The notes under the pieces were generated by a model. That model was given only the letters and a program-made list of their open reading frames with translations. It was not told the origin of the DNA and ran no database searches. A stretch of DNA of 64,000 nt from contig DATKWK010000023.1 of assembly GCA_035529595.1 (NCBI GenBank), positions 206,961 to 270,960 on the forward strand, in the 5' to 3' direction. This document shows, piece by piece, positions 1 through 10,511 of this stretch; positions within the stretch are counted from its first letter, which is position 1; each line of letters starts with the position of its first letter. The translations under genes were made by a program, and so were the position numbers. This stretch comes from Candidatus Bathyarchaeia archaeon. Lineage in GTDB: Bacteria; Patescibacteriota; Microgenomatia; PFEM01; JAFGMK01.

Positions 1-399
1 AAACGAGATCGGGGTTTTACTCTGGTCGAACTGTTAATCGTTTTGTCAATAATTGCGATTCTTTTTAGCATTGCTTTAGTGTCATTGAGGGGAACTCGAG
101 CAGTCGCCCGTGATACCCAAAGAAAAACCGAACTTGAAGAAATCCGAAGCGCTCTTGAGGTATATCGGGCTGATCATGGCAGTTATCCGACTACCCTGCA
201 AGGATTAAATGAACTGACCAGCTTGGGATATATGGAAACGATTACCGATCCCCTTTCCCCGACTTACGACTATCGTTATGAAAGTGACGGAATTACTTAT
301 AATCTTTGTGCTTACTTGGAAGCCGAGGACCCCAGTACGTCAAACTGTATCGCTGATTGCGGTGATAACTCATGCAATTACGGCGTCACTAATCCTTAG
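1..399 (+). CDS. Type IV pilin/pseudopilin-like protein, 5'-truncated by the window edge (frame 1 continues upstream of the listed ORF)
   Basis: Frame-1 translation from nt 1 gives KRDRG|[24 protein letters not shown]: a prepilin peptidase motif with G-1, F+1, E+5 and a hydrophobic helix. The Cys-rich C-terminus is typical of a pilin D-region. Confidence 0.7.
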   Translation, partial: KRDRGFTLVELLIVLSIIAILFSIALVSLRGTRAVARDTQRKTELEEIRSALEVYRADHGSYPTTLQGLNELTSLGYMETITDPLSPTYDYRYESDGITYNLCAYLEAEDPSTSNCIADCGDNSCNYGVTNP

Positions 400-407
400 A
401 TGAATGT

Positions 408-2399
408 TTGCCTGGTATGAATAACCGACGATTGAAGTTCAAATCCCCTAATGCGTTTTTTGGTTTTACCCTAATTGAGCTTCTGGTTACTATATCAATT
501 ACCGGTTTGATGCTAAGTATCGGTTTGGCTAATTATAATCGAATCAATCGAAATCAAATTTTCCAGCAGGCGACTGATGTTGTCTTAGAGGATCTTCGAT
601 TAGCCCAGGATAAGGCTATTTCAGGAGAAAAACCTGCCAGTTGCCTAAGTTCAGAAATAACCCTTGACGGTTATCGTTTTATTTTTGACTCTCCGGCGAC
701 TTACGCGATTCGGGCTGTTTGTAACGGAGTAAACCAGGATCCTCCGGTTAAGACAGCCAGCTTAAGAGGCGAAACAAGAAAAGAATCAGGACCAGACGAG
801 ATTTTTTTTAGAGTTTTATCTCTGGGGGTTGATTTGGGTGGGTTTGAATCCCGGATAGTTTCGCTTGGTGGATACGGCCAGAGCCTGCAAATTGTAGTCA
901 CGGATTCGGGTGAGATTTACCCGGCTTCGGTTCCCACCGAAACGCCGGTATCAGAGCTAACGGCAACTCCCGTACTGACGGAAACACCACTGCCAACCTC
1001 TACTCCTATTGCTACTCCAACGCCGGTGCCCACTCTCACACCGTCTCCTAGCCCTAGTCCGTCCCCTACTCCAGTTCCGACATCAACGCCGAACCCAACT
1101 CCGACGCCGACTCCTAATGTTGGCCAATTGTTATATACTACCCTGGATAATCTCAGTGCCGTGACTTCTCCGGAGGTCGGGACAGGCGGGAATATTAGTG
1201 GCGGAAGTTTCGTTTCCGGTAAAGTAGGCAATGGCTATCAAGCGGATGCGACCGGCGAATACGGCTATTTCCCGCTGACCGGTAACGTTAATGCCCAAAG
1301 AGGTACGATTGATTTTTGGTATAAAAGGACGTCTGCCCCTTCTAGTTTAGGACGATTCTTTGCCGACTCAAAAGTAAACGACCCCGCTGATGTATATTTC
1401 GGCTTATGGCGCGGCGGTTCGGATACGGTAATAAGATTTCTTACCGACGGCAGCGGTAACCGTATTGATTGGACCGGTGTGATTAATGTTTTTGACGGTA
1501 ACTGGCATCATCTCAGGTTGACCTATGATACGGTTAGCCACCTTTTTAATCTTTATATTGACGGGATTAGCCAAGGTGAAAAAACTTCCCCTATGGGTGC
1601 CATTGATACTAGTGTCAATCTGTGTCTTGGTAATAACAGTTTGGGTCAAAGATATGTCGGAGGGGTTTTGGATGAGTTCAATATTTATAGTGAGATCTCT
1701 ATTCCTTGGCCCGAACTGACACCAACTCCTACTCCGACTCCGATTGGGCAAAGTCTATTTGCTAACTCGCCATCGCTTCTTGATTTCGAGGAATGTACCC
1801 TGGTTGATTATGACACAACTGGTACCAGATATCATGGCTATAATCAAGCGTCTAATACTCAGGCAAAATCAGGCAGTTGCTCCCATCATTCCTGGACAAC
1901 TGACGGGACTGATGGAGATGAAGCTTATGGACAGAAAACGATTACTTGGCCTGCTGGTAACCACGCTTACTTAAGATTCTCCGTTTATATCGATGATACC
2001 GGCCCAAACAGTTTTTCCCAGGGTGCGATTTTGGGTGGACTATATAAGAGTAACGGTTCTCCTTGGACATTTGTTGCCGCTGTTCATCAACGATGCAGCG
2101 ATAATCTTTTGCGCCTCATGGCCTATGATGGAGGCGCCTATCGGGATACCGGTATTACTTTTGATGCCGCAAAAGATACCTGGTATGATATCGAGATTAT
2201 GTATGATCTTTCCGGTACCAATGCCCGAGCGGAGATGTGGATCAATAATATCTCGCGGGGAGCATGGGAAGGTAGTGGCAAACCTAATTCGCCTAATGTA
2301 ATTCGGGCCGGCGCCTTAAACTATAACTGGGCAGTGGACGTTTGGCAAAATCTTTATCTTGATGACATCAATTGCCGCGACCAAAAAATTGGTATATGA
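408..2399 (+). CDS. Giant pilin-like protein (663 aa): prepilin N-terminus, two Pro/Thr-rich linkers, a LamG/ConA-like lectin domain and a C-terminal Cys-containing beta-rich domain
   Basis: N-terminus FFG|[21 protein letters not shown]-rich runs around aa 175-235 and 420-440. Between them the motifs [21 protein letters not shown] and LGNN...DEFNIY fit a Laminin_G_3/ConA-like fold. Confidence 0.65.
   Translation: MPGMNNRRLKFKSPNAFFGFTLIELLVTISITGLMLSIGLANYNRINRNQIFQQATDVVLEDLRLAQDKAISGEKPASCLSSEITLDGYRFIFDSPATYAIRAVCNGVNQDPPVKTASLRGETRKESGPDEIFFRVLSLGVDLGGFESRIVSLGGYGQSLQIVVTDSGEIYPASVPTETPVSELTATPVLTETPLPTSTPIATPTPVPTLTPSPSPSPSPTPVPTSTPNPTPTPTPNVGQLLYTTLDNLSAVTSPEVGTGGNISGGSFVSGKVGNGYQADATGEYGYFPLTGNVNAQRGTIDFWYKRTSAPSSLGRFFADSKVNDPADVYFGLWRGGSDTVIRFLTDGSGNRIDWTGVINVFDGNWHHLRLTYDTVSHLFNLYIDGISQGEKTSPMGAIDTSVNLCLGNNSLGQRYVGGVLDEFNIYSEISIPWPELTPTPTPTPIGQSLFANSPSLLDFEECTLVDYDTTGTRYHGYNQASNTQAKSGSCSHHSWTTDGTDGDEAYGQKTITWPAGNHAYLRFSVYIDDTGPNSFSQGAILGGLYKSNGSPWTFVAAVHQRCSDNLLRLMAYDGGAYRDTGITFDAAKDTWYDIEIMYDLSGTNARAEMWINNISRGAWEGSGKPNSPNVIRAGALNYNWAVDVWQNLYLDDINCRDQKIGI
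940..1130 (+). repeat. Low-complexity Pro/Thr/Ser-codon run (linker) inside the giant pilin gene
   Basis: Repetitive cc(g/a)ac(g/t)cc(g/a) codon units encode TPTPTPS. The shadow ORFs at 917..1231 and 701..901 on the opposite strand are artefacts of this run. Confidence 0.6.
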
Positions 2400-2438
2400 A
2401 GTTGGCGAAAAATCTATCACTTAATATTATTTGAAGTC

Positions 2439-2879
2439 ATGCATCAGAAAGGCCAAACATTATTTGAAATCGTTACGGTAATTGCCGTAATCGCTCTGGT
2501 GATTACTGTTCTAGTTAAAGGATTAACTCTTTCTTTGAAAAACTCTCGATTCGTCAGAGAAAAAAGTATGGCCAGGAATTACAGCAATCAGGTAATGGAA
2601 TGGCTGATTCTTCAGAGAGACCATAGTTGGAATACTTTTACTGGCCACCTCGGCATTTACTGTCTAAATGATTTATCATGGGATGATTTAACCTGGCCAG
2701 ACCTTGGTGCTTGCCAAGATGATGAGTTTATTAGTGGTACCAATTATCAGAGAGAGGCAACTTTGACTGCTGTTGGCGAAAGCAACCAAGAAGTCGAAGT
2801 GAGAGTTGAAGTAATCTGGCAGTCACCAAGGGGGCAAGAAAGTTATCCGCTGGTCCAAAATTTGACTGATTGGCGATAA
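2439..2879 (+). CDS. Pilin/pseudopilin-like protein
   Basis: N-terminus KG|QTLFEIVTVIAVIALVITVLV with E at +5 and a hydrophobic helix, in the pilin operon. Confidence 0.55.
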   Translation: MHQKGQTLFEIVTVIAVIALVITVLVKGLTLSLKNSRFVREKSMARNYSNQVMEWLILQRDHSWNTFTGHLGIYCLNDLSWDDLTWPDLGACQDDEFISGTNYQREATLTAVGESNQEVEVRVEVIWQSPRGQESYPLVQNLTDWR

Positions 2880-2894
2880 AAAAAGAATTCTTTT

Positions 2895-3428
2895 ATGAAA
2901 AAAAATAATTGTTTCGGTTTTACGCTAATTGAAACTTTGGTTACTTTAACTACTTTAGGCATGATGCTGATAATGGTTATTTCAACATTTATGACGGTTT
3001 TAACTAAGTCGGTAAAGGTAAGGGTGGTAGAAGCTGTCGATAATGATGGTAAGTACGCTCTTAGAGTGATGGAACAAATAATCAGGAATTCGTTACGGAT
3101 TATCTCGAATAGCGAAGGGGAAACATGCCAATCAGGCATGAACTATCTTCGGGTCCAGGACAGTCATGGTAATTGGGCTGAATTTGCTTGTCTAAACGAG
3201 GGATTAGCAGACGGTTTTATCGCTTCTTCATCAGCCAGCAGCGACAAAAGATTGACGTCTCCGAAAGTAAAACTGGATAACTGTTATTTTAACTGTATTT
3301 CCGGTGACCTCAGCCAGCCGGATCGGGTAGAAATTTACTTTACCCTGAGTCAAATTGAATCAACATCCCGAGTCGAAGAACGGTCGTCAAACGAATTTCA
3401 TACCTCGGTAATTTTAAGAAATTTTTAA
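2895..3428 (+). CDS. Pilin/pseudopilin-like protein
   Basis: N-terminus MKKNNCFG|FTLIETLVTLTTLGMMLIMV, a canonical class III signal peptide. Confidence 0.65.
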   Translation: MKKNNCFGFTLIETLVTLTTLGMMLIMVISTFMTVLTKSVKVRVVEAVDNDGKYALRVMEQIIRNSLRIISNSEGETCQSGMNYLRVQDSHGNWAEFACLNEGLADGFIASSSASSDKRLTSPKVKLDNCYFNCISGDLSQPDRVEIYFTLSQIESTSRVEERSSNEFHTSVILRNF

Positions 3429-3482
3429 AGAGGTTTTTCTCAGTTGACTTTATTCTTTCTTTGTATCTAAAATGGCAACAGA

Positions 3483-4358
3483 ATGAAAAAAACTTGCCCT
3501 CAAGGCATATCGACCGTCTTGATTTTGGGAATAATCGCTGTCTTGGTAACGATCGTTGTTCCCTTAGTGTCACGATCTGTAGTTGATATCCGCATTACTC
3601 AGCAGCAGGAGGAGCAATCGCGCGCCTTTTCCGCCGCCGAAACCGGATTGGACAAGGCGTTGATTGGTGAACCTCTCGAAGGTGAAGTTGGTGAAGATAT
3701 TAGTTACCAGGTAACCGCTACCGGTAAGGGAGGCAGCGACCTTTTTATCTACCCGAAAGTGCTTGAAAAGGATTTTCCGATTACGGTTTGGTTGATGGAA
3801 CATGAAGGCACGGAATTTGATGCCGGATTACCTCTAGATTTTACGGGCGATCATTATCAAGGAGGAACTTTAGGTCTTTTTTGGGGAGCGGTTGGGACAG
3901 TTGATAATTCTGATCAAACTCCGGCAATTGAGACTGTCTTATTCTATCAAGATAATCTTGGTAATTATAAGACGGAAAGATACTTGTTTGACCCGTTTGT
4001 AACCAGAAGAGCGATCAATAACTTTCAGGCCCCGGATACTGGTGGTCCGTACCTGGTCGGATCTCAACAGCTCCAATTTACGAAGTCAAACATCTCCTTA
4101 CCCTGCGATGACGGACCTAATGTTTATTGTTACGCATTAAGATTGAGGCTTTTATACAGCGATAATCCTCATCCTGTAGCTTTGGAAGGAAACAGCGAAA
4201 TCATCCCCCGCCAAGGACAATGCTATGAATCCGTGGCTACCGTCCAAACGTCAGGAATAACGAGTCGGGTTCAAAGGTGTTTATTTTATAAAGATTTCCC
4301 GGCGGTCTTTGACTTTGTCTTATTTTCCAATTATAGTTTAGAGAAGGAATCTCTTTAA
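3483..4358 (+). CDS. PilX-N-like / minor-pilin-like pilus assembly protein
   Basis: N-terminal QG-ISTVLILGIIAVLVTIVV transmembrane segment resembles the PilX N-terminal domain. It sits between the pilins and pilM. Confidence 0.35.
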   Translation: MKKTCPQGISTVLILGIIAVLVTIVVPLVSRSVVDIRITQQQEEQSRAFSAAETGLDKALIGEPLEGEVGEDISYQVTATGKGGSDLFIYPKVLEKDFPITVWLMEHEGTEFDAGLPLDFTGDHYQGGTLGLFWGAVGTVDNSDQTPAIETVLFYQDNLGNYKTERYLFDPFVTRRAINNFQAPDTGGPYLVGSQQLQFTKSNISLPCDDGPNVYCYALRLRLLYSDNPHPVALEGNSEIIPRQGQCYESVATVQTSGITSRVQRCLFYKDFPAVFDFVLFSNYSLEKESL

Positions 4359-4378
4359 GTAATTAGAAAGTTTTAATA

Positions 4379-5401
4379 ATGGAATTTATCGGACTTGATA
4401 TCGGCTCTCAGAATATAAAACTTGTCCAACTTAAAAGGATCGGCGAACAATACAGTATTGTCGCCTTGGGTCTTTCTCCTTCTCCTAAAAATATGGAGTC
4501 AGAAGCCGAAGCTGATTTATTAGCACAGGCTGAGGCAATAAAAAAACTGGTCAACGTTACTAAAGTATCAACGCCTTACGTCGTTTCGGCTTTACCGGAG
4601 GATAAAGTTTTCACCCAGATCGTCGAGTTTCCACCAATGGAGGAGAAGGAGATGGAGTCGGCAATCAAATGGGAGGCAGAACAATATATTCCGATTCCTC
4701 TTTCGGAGGCAGTCATTGACTATCAAATAATTAGATCGCCGCAAAAAATTGTTATCGGCGGGAAAACGGAGGTTTTTCTAGTAGCGGCACCGAAAAGTAT
4801 GATTGAAAAATACAGTAAAGTATTACAAATGGCCGAACTGAAAACAATTGCCTTGGAAACGGAGATGGTCGCTCTTTCAAGAAGCTTAGTTTTACCTGGG
4901 TCAGGGCCGACGATGATTGTCGATTTAGGAGCCCGAGCTACCGATATTTCTCTTGTTGAAAACAATCAAATCGTCTTAACCCGTTCATTACCCAGTGCTG
5001 GCGAGGCGATCACTCGTTCTTTAGTTGCTGCTTTGGGTTTAAAACAGACGCAAGCCGAAGAATATAAGAAGGCTTATGGAGTTGATGAAAGTAAACTCGA
5101 GGGTAAAATTAGAGAAGCAGTTGGGCCGGTTCTTGACATTGTTATCAGAGAAATAAATAAAGTAATTTCCTTTTATCAAAATAAAAATAAGTCTGCTAAG
5201 GTAGAGAGAGTCGTTCTCGCCGGAGGTACGGCTGATTTACCGCAGATAGTGTCTCTTTTTGCTGAGAAGTTAGGCATTGAGGTCGAAATCGGGGCTCCTT
5301 TTGAAAGAGTCCAGCGGGGTGAAGAAATTCTGGCTAAATTAGAAAAGGGAACCGCACCTTTATATTCAGTTGCCTTCGGACTAGCAATGAAAACTCTATG
5401 A
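4379..5401 (+). CDS. pilM: Type IV pilus assembly protein PilM (actin-like ATPase fold)
   Basis: Starts MEFIGLDIGSQNIKLVQL, has the ASKHA fold pattern, and is followed by pilN with a 4-nt overlap. Confidence 0.8.
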   Translation: MEFIGLDIGSQNIKLVQLKRIGEQYSIVALGLSPSPKNMESEAEADLLAQAEAIKKLVNVTKVSTPYVVSALPEDKVFTQIVEFPPMEEKEMESAIKWEAEQYIPIPLSEAVIDYQIIRSPQKIVIGGKTEVFLVAAPKSMIEKYSKVLQMAELKTIALETEMVALSRSLVLPGSGPTMIVDLGARATDISLVENNQIVLTRSLPSAGEAITRSLVAALGLKQTQAEEYKKAYGVDESKLEGKIREAVGPVLDIVIREINKVISFYQNKNKSAKVERVVLAGGTADLPQIVSLFAEKLGIEVEIGAPFERVQRGEEILAKLEKGTAPLYSVAFGLAMKTL

Positions 5402-5940
5402 AAAGAGATATTAATTTATTTATCGCTGCCAAACAACCAGAAAACCAGGTTGGGCTCAATCCCCTTCTGCGGAAGGGACTAGTTTTTCTGATGGTGTTTT
5501 ATATTTTGTTTTTAACCGGGGTATTTTCTCTTTCTTTCTTCTTTTCCCGAAAGGAAGAAATACTTTCGGCAGAGATTGAGAAAAAGGAAAGACAAATTGA
5601 AAAACAAGCCAGGATTGAAACGTTGCAGCTGACTGTTAAAAGCAGACTTTCAGTGATAAAAGATATTTTTGATAGAGAGAAAGGTAAGATTAGTGTTTCC
5701 CAGTCTCTGGAAAGAATTAAAAATTTGACCGGAGACAAGATTATTATCACCGGCATCGAACTGTCGGATTTTGGATCTCAGGCTAATCTGAGAGCGTCTG
5801 TTTCACAGGTTGGCGATCTGATTGATTTTTTCCAGGGTTTAAAAACTGCAAAAGAGGGTCTTGAGAATTTTTCACTCACCCAACTTAACAAAGATGAAAA
5901 AGGCTATAATTTCGTTTTAGTTTTCAAATTTAAGGGATAA
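5398..5940 (+). CDS. pilN: Type IV pilus assembly protein PilN
   Basis: N-terminal DINLF motif, a single TM and a coiled coil, translationally coupled to pilM. Confidence 0.65.
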   Translation: MKRDINLFIAAKQPENQVGLNPLLRKGLVFLMVFYILFLTGVFSLSFFFSRKEEILSAEIEKKERQIEKQARIETLQLTVKSRLSVIKDIFDREKGKISVSQSLERIKNLTGDKIIITGIELSDFGSQANLRASVSQVGDLIDFFQGLKTAKEGLENFSLTQLNKDEKGYNFVLVFKFKG

Positions 5941-5954
5941 AGGGAATTAAAACT

Positions 5955-6674
5955 ATGCGTGAGAAAAATAACTCATCTAGGTTGCGACCTTATTTTGTTC
6001 CGTTTTTGGCCTTAGTCTTTATTTTGTTCTCTTTTTTTACGCTAATTTCTCCGAGGATTAGTCGAATCGTTAGCTTTTCCCGGGTAATCAAAGAGAATCA
6101 AGTAAAACTGGCAAAGTTGTCAGAAAAGTTGGCCCTTCTTAATAGCTTAAATGAGCCGGAGTTGGCAGATCGAATTGCTTTAATTTTTGATGCTTTACCT
6201 CAGGAGAAGCAACCAGTTTATGTTATGAGTCTTCTTAAGCAGATAGCTCATGAATCTGGAGTGGAAATTGTCGATTTAAGCGTTAAACCAGGAGAAATAG
6301 CAACAATGTCGACTGATAAACAAAAACAAAAAAATCAGACCCCATCACTTACTTACCCAATAAAGATTTCTGGTAGCTATATGCAAATTGAACAATTTGC
6401 CAAGAAGATGGAAACGAGTCTACCGCTGATGAGAGTAGAAGAAATGAGTTTCGGGAGGACAGGACAGTCAGATTTATGGGGCGCTTCAAGTAAAATAGCT
6501 GCCTTTTATCTTTTTTTACCGGTGACAATCGGAAAGATTGATGCTTCTGTTCAGGTGATCAGCGAAGAGGAAGCGAAAGTCTATGATCTTTTGAGACAGT
6601 TTACTCCTGCTTATTCTTCGGCTGATATGTTACAGCCGTCCGTCGAGTCGGGAAGAAGCAATCCCTTTATTTAG
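5955..6674 (+). CDS. PilO-like pilus assembly protein
   Basis: N-terminal TM plus coiled coil, in the position after pilN in the operon. Called by synteny and architecture only. Confidence 0.4.
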   Translation: MREKNNSSRLRPYFVPFLALVFILFSFFTLISPRISRIVSFSRVIKENQVKLAKLSEKLALLNSLNEPELADRIALIFDALPQEKQPVYVMSLLKQIAHESGVEIVDLSVKPGEIATMSTDKQKQKNQTPSLTYPIKISGSYMQIEQFAKKMETSLPLMRVEEMSFGRTGQSDLWGASSKIAAFYLFLPVTIGKIDASVQVISEEEAKVYDLLRQFTPAYSSADMLQPSVESGRSNPFI

Positions 6675-6936
6675 CCTCTTTCGCCTCAGTCTGATAGCCT
6701 AATTGATCTGATTTAAGATAAAGGCGGGTTCTTCTCTTTTTCAGGTAACCTTTAAGATTTACCAATGTTCTTATCGCTTTGATTGTTTTTCCTTTCCGTC
6801 CGATGATTTGACCTACGTCTTCCGGGTGGGTCTCCAGGTATAGATCGGTCATTAGTCCTGCCTCTTTTTCCTCAATCGTAACCTTATCCGGATGTTTAAC
6901 GATATTTTTAGTTAGATATTGGAGTAGTTTTTTCAC
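6667..6936 (-). CDS. KH-domain RNA-binding protein (YlqC/KhpA-like)
   Basis: GRKGKTIKAIRTLVNLKG KH motif, about 89 aa, immediately downstream of rpsP as in many bacteria. Confidence 0.65.
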   Translation of the reverse strand: MKKLLQYLTKNIVKHPDKVTIEEKEAGLMTDLYLETHPEDVGQIIGRKGKTIKAIRTLVNLKGYLKKRRTRLYLKSDQLGYQTEAKEAK

Positions 6937-6963
6937 TATTTGTGAAAGAAAAAGAATTGCTAA

Positions 6964-7203
6964 CTAAAGTTTGGTAATTATTTTTGCTAGGTTAGCTACG
7001 GTTCTTGTGCTTTGTGCGCCTTTTCCCCGCCAATAACGATAGCGCTCTTGGTCGATCTTGATCGTCGGTGGATTTTGACCAGGGTCATAGAAACCGATTA
7101 CTTCAACGTTTTTTCCGTTTCTTTTACTTCTTGCTTCAGTTACCACAATGCGGTAGCTTGCTTGGTCTTTTTTTCCGAAACGTGCAAGTCTTATTTTTAA
7201 CAT
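6964..7203 (-). CDS. rpsP: 30S ribosomal protein S16
   Basis: MLKIRLARFGKK...YRIVV...IGFYDP is a near-canonical S16 sequence. Confidence 0.9.
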   Translation of the reverse strand: MLKIRLARFGKKDQASYRIVVTEARSKRNGKNVEVIGFYDPGQNPPTIKIDQERYRYWRGKGAQSTRTVANLAKIITKL

Positions 7204-7214
7204 AATTGCCTATT

Positions 7215-7910
7215 TTAAATTTTCTCTTCTATTTTTGCAAGAGCCCTTTCAGCTGCTTTTTCCTCGGCTTCCTGTTTACTTTTGCCTTTTCCTTTGGCCC
7301 ATAATTTTTTTCCTACCAGTAGTCCGACTGTAAAAGTCTTGTCGTGGTCAGGTCCGGCTTCGTCAACGACACGATACTGAGGAGTAACTTTTTCTCTTGC
7401 TTGGGTAATTTCCTGAAATAAACTTTTACTATCTTTAAATTTCTGTTGCTTGATTATTTCATCAAGTTTAGGACAAATCATTTTAAGAACGAATTTCCTT
7501 ACTGCTCGAAGCCCTTGATCCAGGTAAACGGCACCGATAAGAGCTTCAAAGCAGTTTGCTAAAAGAGTAGGATTTTTCCGACCCCCTAATTCTTCTTCTC
7601 CTTTGCTCAGTAAAAGAAAGTGTCCTAGTCTTAGTTCGAAGGCAATTTGCGAAAGAGTTGAAGTTCTTACCAGATAAGATCTGATATTAGTCAGGGTTCC
7701 TTCCGGATAGTCGGGTAACTTTTGGTAAAGCAGGAAGGAGGTAATGAATTCCAATACCGCGTCACCGAGAAACTCAAGTCTCTCGTTTGAGCCTAGCCGA
7801 AATTGCGGATGTTCATTTAAGTAAGACCGGTGAACCAAGAATTGACACAAAAGATCTTCGCTTTTAAATTTTATACCGATTCTTTTTTCCAATTTGTTAC
7901 TTTTGGTCAT
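7215..7910 (-). CDS. rnc: Ribonuclease III
   Basis: ERLEFLGDAVLEF RNase III signature with a C-terminal dsRBD. Confidence 0.9.
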   Translation of the reverse strand: MTKSNKLEKRIGIKFKSEDLLCQFLVHRSYLNEHPQFRLGSNERLEFLGDAVLEFITSFLLYQKLPDYPEGTLTNIRSYLVRTSTLSQIAFELRLGHFLLLSKGEEELGGRKNPTLLANCFEALIGAVYLDQGLRAVRKFVLKMICPKLDEIIKQQKFKDSKSLFQEITQAREKVTPQYRVVDEAGPDHDKTFTVGLLVGKKLWAKGKGKSKQEAEEKAAERALAKIEEKI

Positions 7911-8277
7911 GGTTTTCTTTATTCATCTGATTAAGTATTGTGCCTAAGACTCCGTTTACAAATCCGGCAGTACTCTGGCTGCCGTATTTTTTCCCCAGTT
8001 CGACCGCTTCGTCGATAATGACTTTTGCTGGTTCCTTGCGAGCGACAAGCAATTCGTATATTGCAAGTCTGAGAATAGCTAAATCCACCTTATTGATTTG
8101 TCCAATTGGCCATTCGGAAGCTATTTTTGACGTAATTTCGTCGATTTTTTTAGCTGATCCTAGAACCTGATTAGCGATCTTATTTTTAGTTTTTGCTTCT
8201 TGGTGGAAACTTGAAGCAAACAAAGCTTTTATCGCTTTTTCTCTTCTGATATGTCTCGGATCTAGAGACGTTTTCAT
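7897..8277 (-). CDS. nusB: Transcription antitermination factor NusB
   Basis: RREKAIKALF...GFVNGVL pattern and about 126 aa length. Confidence 0.7.
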   Translation of the reverse strand: MKTSLDPRHIRREKAIKALFASSFHQEAKTKNKIANQVLGSAKKIDEITSKIASEWPIGQINKVDLAILRLAIYELLVARKEPAKVIIDEAVELGKKYGSQSTAGFVNGVLGTILNQMNKENHDQK

Positions 8278-8483
8278 TATTAGTCACAAAATGTCAAGCT
8301 TAATTTTTAGCCTGCTTATATGAACCGCAACTTGGACAGACATGATGCGGTCTTTTTAACTTTTGGCAATCAGGACATGGAGTTAGTGCAGGAACAGCTA
8401 ATTTTATTGACGATCTCCGTTTGCCTTTTCTTGCCGTTGAATTTTTCCTTTTTGGTAGCGGTGCCATATTCCCCTTTGATACA

Positions 8484-10511
8484 TTAATTAGGTTCTATCT
8501 GCTTAATTGTATATTCTTTGAGTTTTTCTTGCAAGAGGGGGTGGTGAGAAAGCTCAGTAATTGTTTTTTTGGCCTCTTCCCGGGTAACCTCGACCAGTTT
8601 CAGATCGGAAAAAGAAGCCAGTTTTAATTTAACAAATCCATGCTGTTTGGCACCATACAGCTCGCCCGGCCCTCGCATTTTAAAATCGATTTCGGCAAGT
8701 TCGGGACCGTTAAAGATTTTTTCCATCGACTTGAGACGAAATAAAGGCTTGTTATCCGATTTTTCGCTGAAGAGGAGACAATAAGATTGTTTCCTGCCCC
8801 GTCCTACTCTTCCTCGCAATTGGTGTAACTGAGCCAAACCGAACCTGTCTGCGGCTTCAATCAGCATAATTGTAGCGTTAGGGATGTCAATTCCGACTTC
8901 AACTACCGGTGTAGAAACAAGAATATTTATTTTGCCCGTTCTAAAAGAGGTTAAGACTTTATCTTTTTCCTTTGCTTTCATTCGTCCGTGAAGCAGGCCA
9001 AGTTTTAAGTCGGGGAAAATTCCGGTCTGCAGATTCTTAAATTCGCTTGACACCGCTTTAACCGAAGAAAGGGTTTCCGCTTGTGACTCCTCAATTAAGG
9101 GACAGATAATAAAAGCTTGGTCGCCTTCTTTAATTTTCTGTCTAATCCAGCTGTAAGCGGCGGTTCTTTTTTGATTTGAAACTACCCAGGTTTTAATTCT
9201 TATCCTGCCCGGTGGCAACTGGTCGATAATTGAAAGATCGAGGTCCCCGTAAAGAGTTAGGGCAATAGTTCTCGGAATTGGGGTTGCGGTCATGGTCAAC
9301 AGATGAGCCGTTAAATTATTAGCTGATTTCCGGATCAGAATTGATCTTTGTTCCACCCCGAAACGATGCTGTTCGTCAATGATTGCCAGGCCTAGCTTTT
9401 TAAACTCAGCGCGCTTGTGAATGAGAGCATGAGTACCGATAATTAAATCAAAATCAGTCTCTTTTTTTCCAGTTGAACCCGTCAAAAGAAAAGTCTTTAC
9501 ACCAAGGGGATCAAGCAGCGTTTTTAGGGTTTTATAATGCTGGTTAGCTAAAATCTCCGTTGGGGCCATGAAAGCTGCTTGGCAGCGATTGAGAATTGCG
9601 GTATAGATAGCAATTGCGGCTACTGCCGTCTTGCCGCTACCGACATCTCCTTCAAGGAGTCGGTTCATTGGTTTTTTCTTTTCCAAGTCAGCCAAGATCT
9701 CTTTGGCGACCTTCCTTTGAGCAGCCGTTAATTCAAAAGGCAGCAATTTGATAAATTTAGAAATTTTTTCCTGGTCAACCCGGAATTGATAAGCTAATTT
9801 CTTTCTGAGCCAAGCCTGTTTTCTTTTTTGTGTATTTAGATGCATCAAATACAATTCTTCGAAAGCAAGTCTTTCTCTGGCCCTAGTTGCTTCTTTTAAT
9901 GTTGCCGGAAAATGGATTTCCGTCAAAGCCTCTTTTAAAGCCATCAAGCGGTATTTCTCAATCAAGTTCGAAGGCAGATACTCAGCGAGTTCCGGTACGA
10001 CCTTATAGATCAAAGGGAAAATTCTTGACCTGAGCCATTTTGAGCTGATGCCGTAAGTTTCCGGATAAACTGGCACTATGCGGCCGCTATGGATGGGAGC
10101 TGAGTTTTTGATTGCTTCGTAATCGGGAGAAACAAGAACTAATTTTGAACCGAACCAACCAACTTTTCCTGATAAACTAACTGCCGTTCCGGGCTGGAGG
10201 CTTTTGATTAAAAAAGGTTGGTTGAACCAGGTAATTTCAATCTGCCCAGAATCATCCGTAACAATCCCCTTCTGAATTCTTTTGCCATATTTAGTGTATT
10301 CTTCTTTAAGAGCAATAATTTTACCTTGAATCGTGGACTTTTCGCCAGCCTGAAGCTTGGCAATAGGAGAAATAAGAGTAAAGTCTTCATAGCGGTGAGG
10401 AAAATGGTAGAGAAGATCTTCTACTGTCTTAATGTTTAAGTTTCGTAAACGGCGGGCATAAGTCGGACCAACCATGAAAAGTTTTGAGATAGGGGTTTTC
10501 AAATTCAACAT
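8484..10511 (-). CDS. recG: ATP-dependent DNA helicase RecG
   Basis: N-terminal LYHFPHRYEDF wedge region, Walker A GDVGSGKT, DEQHRFG box and QLRGRVGRG motif VI. Confidence 0.9.
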   Translation of the reverse strand: MLNLKTPISKLFMVGPTYARRLRNLNIKTVEDLLYHFPHRYEDFTLISPIAKLQAGEKSTIQGKIIALKEEYTKYGKRIQKGIVTDDSGQIEITWFNQPFLIKSLQPGTAVSLSGKVGWFGSKLVLVSPDYEAIKNSAPIHSGRIVPVYPETYGISSKWLRSRIFPLIYKVVPELAEYLPSNLIEKYRLMALKEALTEIHFPATLKEATRARERLAFEELYLMHLNTQKRKQAWLRKKLAYQFRVDQEKISKFIKLLPFELTAAQRKVAKEILADLEKKKPMNRLLEGDVGSGKTAVAAIAIYTAILNRCQAAFMAPTEILANQHYKTLKTLLDPLGVKTFLLTGSTGKKETDFDLIIGTHALIHKRAEFKKLGLAIIDEQHRFGVEQRSILIRKSANNLTAHLLTMTATPIPRTIALTLYGDLDLSIIDQLPPGRIRIKTWVVSNQKRTAAYSWIRQKIKEGDQAFIICPLIEESQAETLSSVKAVSSEFKNLQTGIFPDLKLGLLHGRMKAKEKDKVLTSFRTGKINILVSTPVVEVGIDIPNATIMLIEAADRFGLAQLHQLRGRVGRGRKQSYCLLFSEKSDNKPLFRLKSMEKIFNGPELAEIDFKMRGPGELYGAKQHGFVKLKLASFSDLKLVEVTREEAKKTITELSHHPLLQEKLKEYTIKQIEPN

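Noticed and set aside
701-1751. Opposite-strand ORFs (701..901, 917..1231 with GVGVG repeats, 1404..1751) overlapping the giant pilin gene
   Set aside because: They are frame shadows of the Pro/Thr-codon-rich coding strand. They have no start context and low-complexity translations, and they sit entirely inside a better-supported gene.
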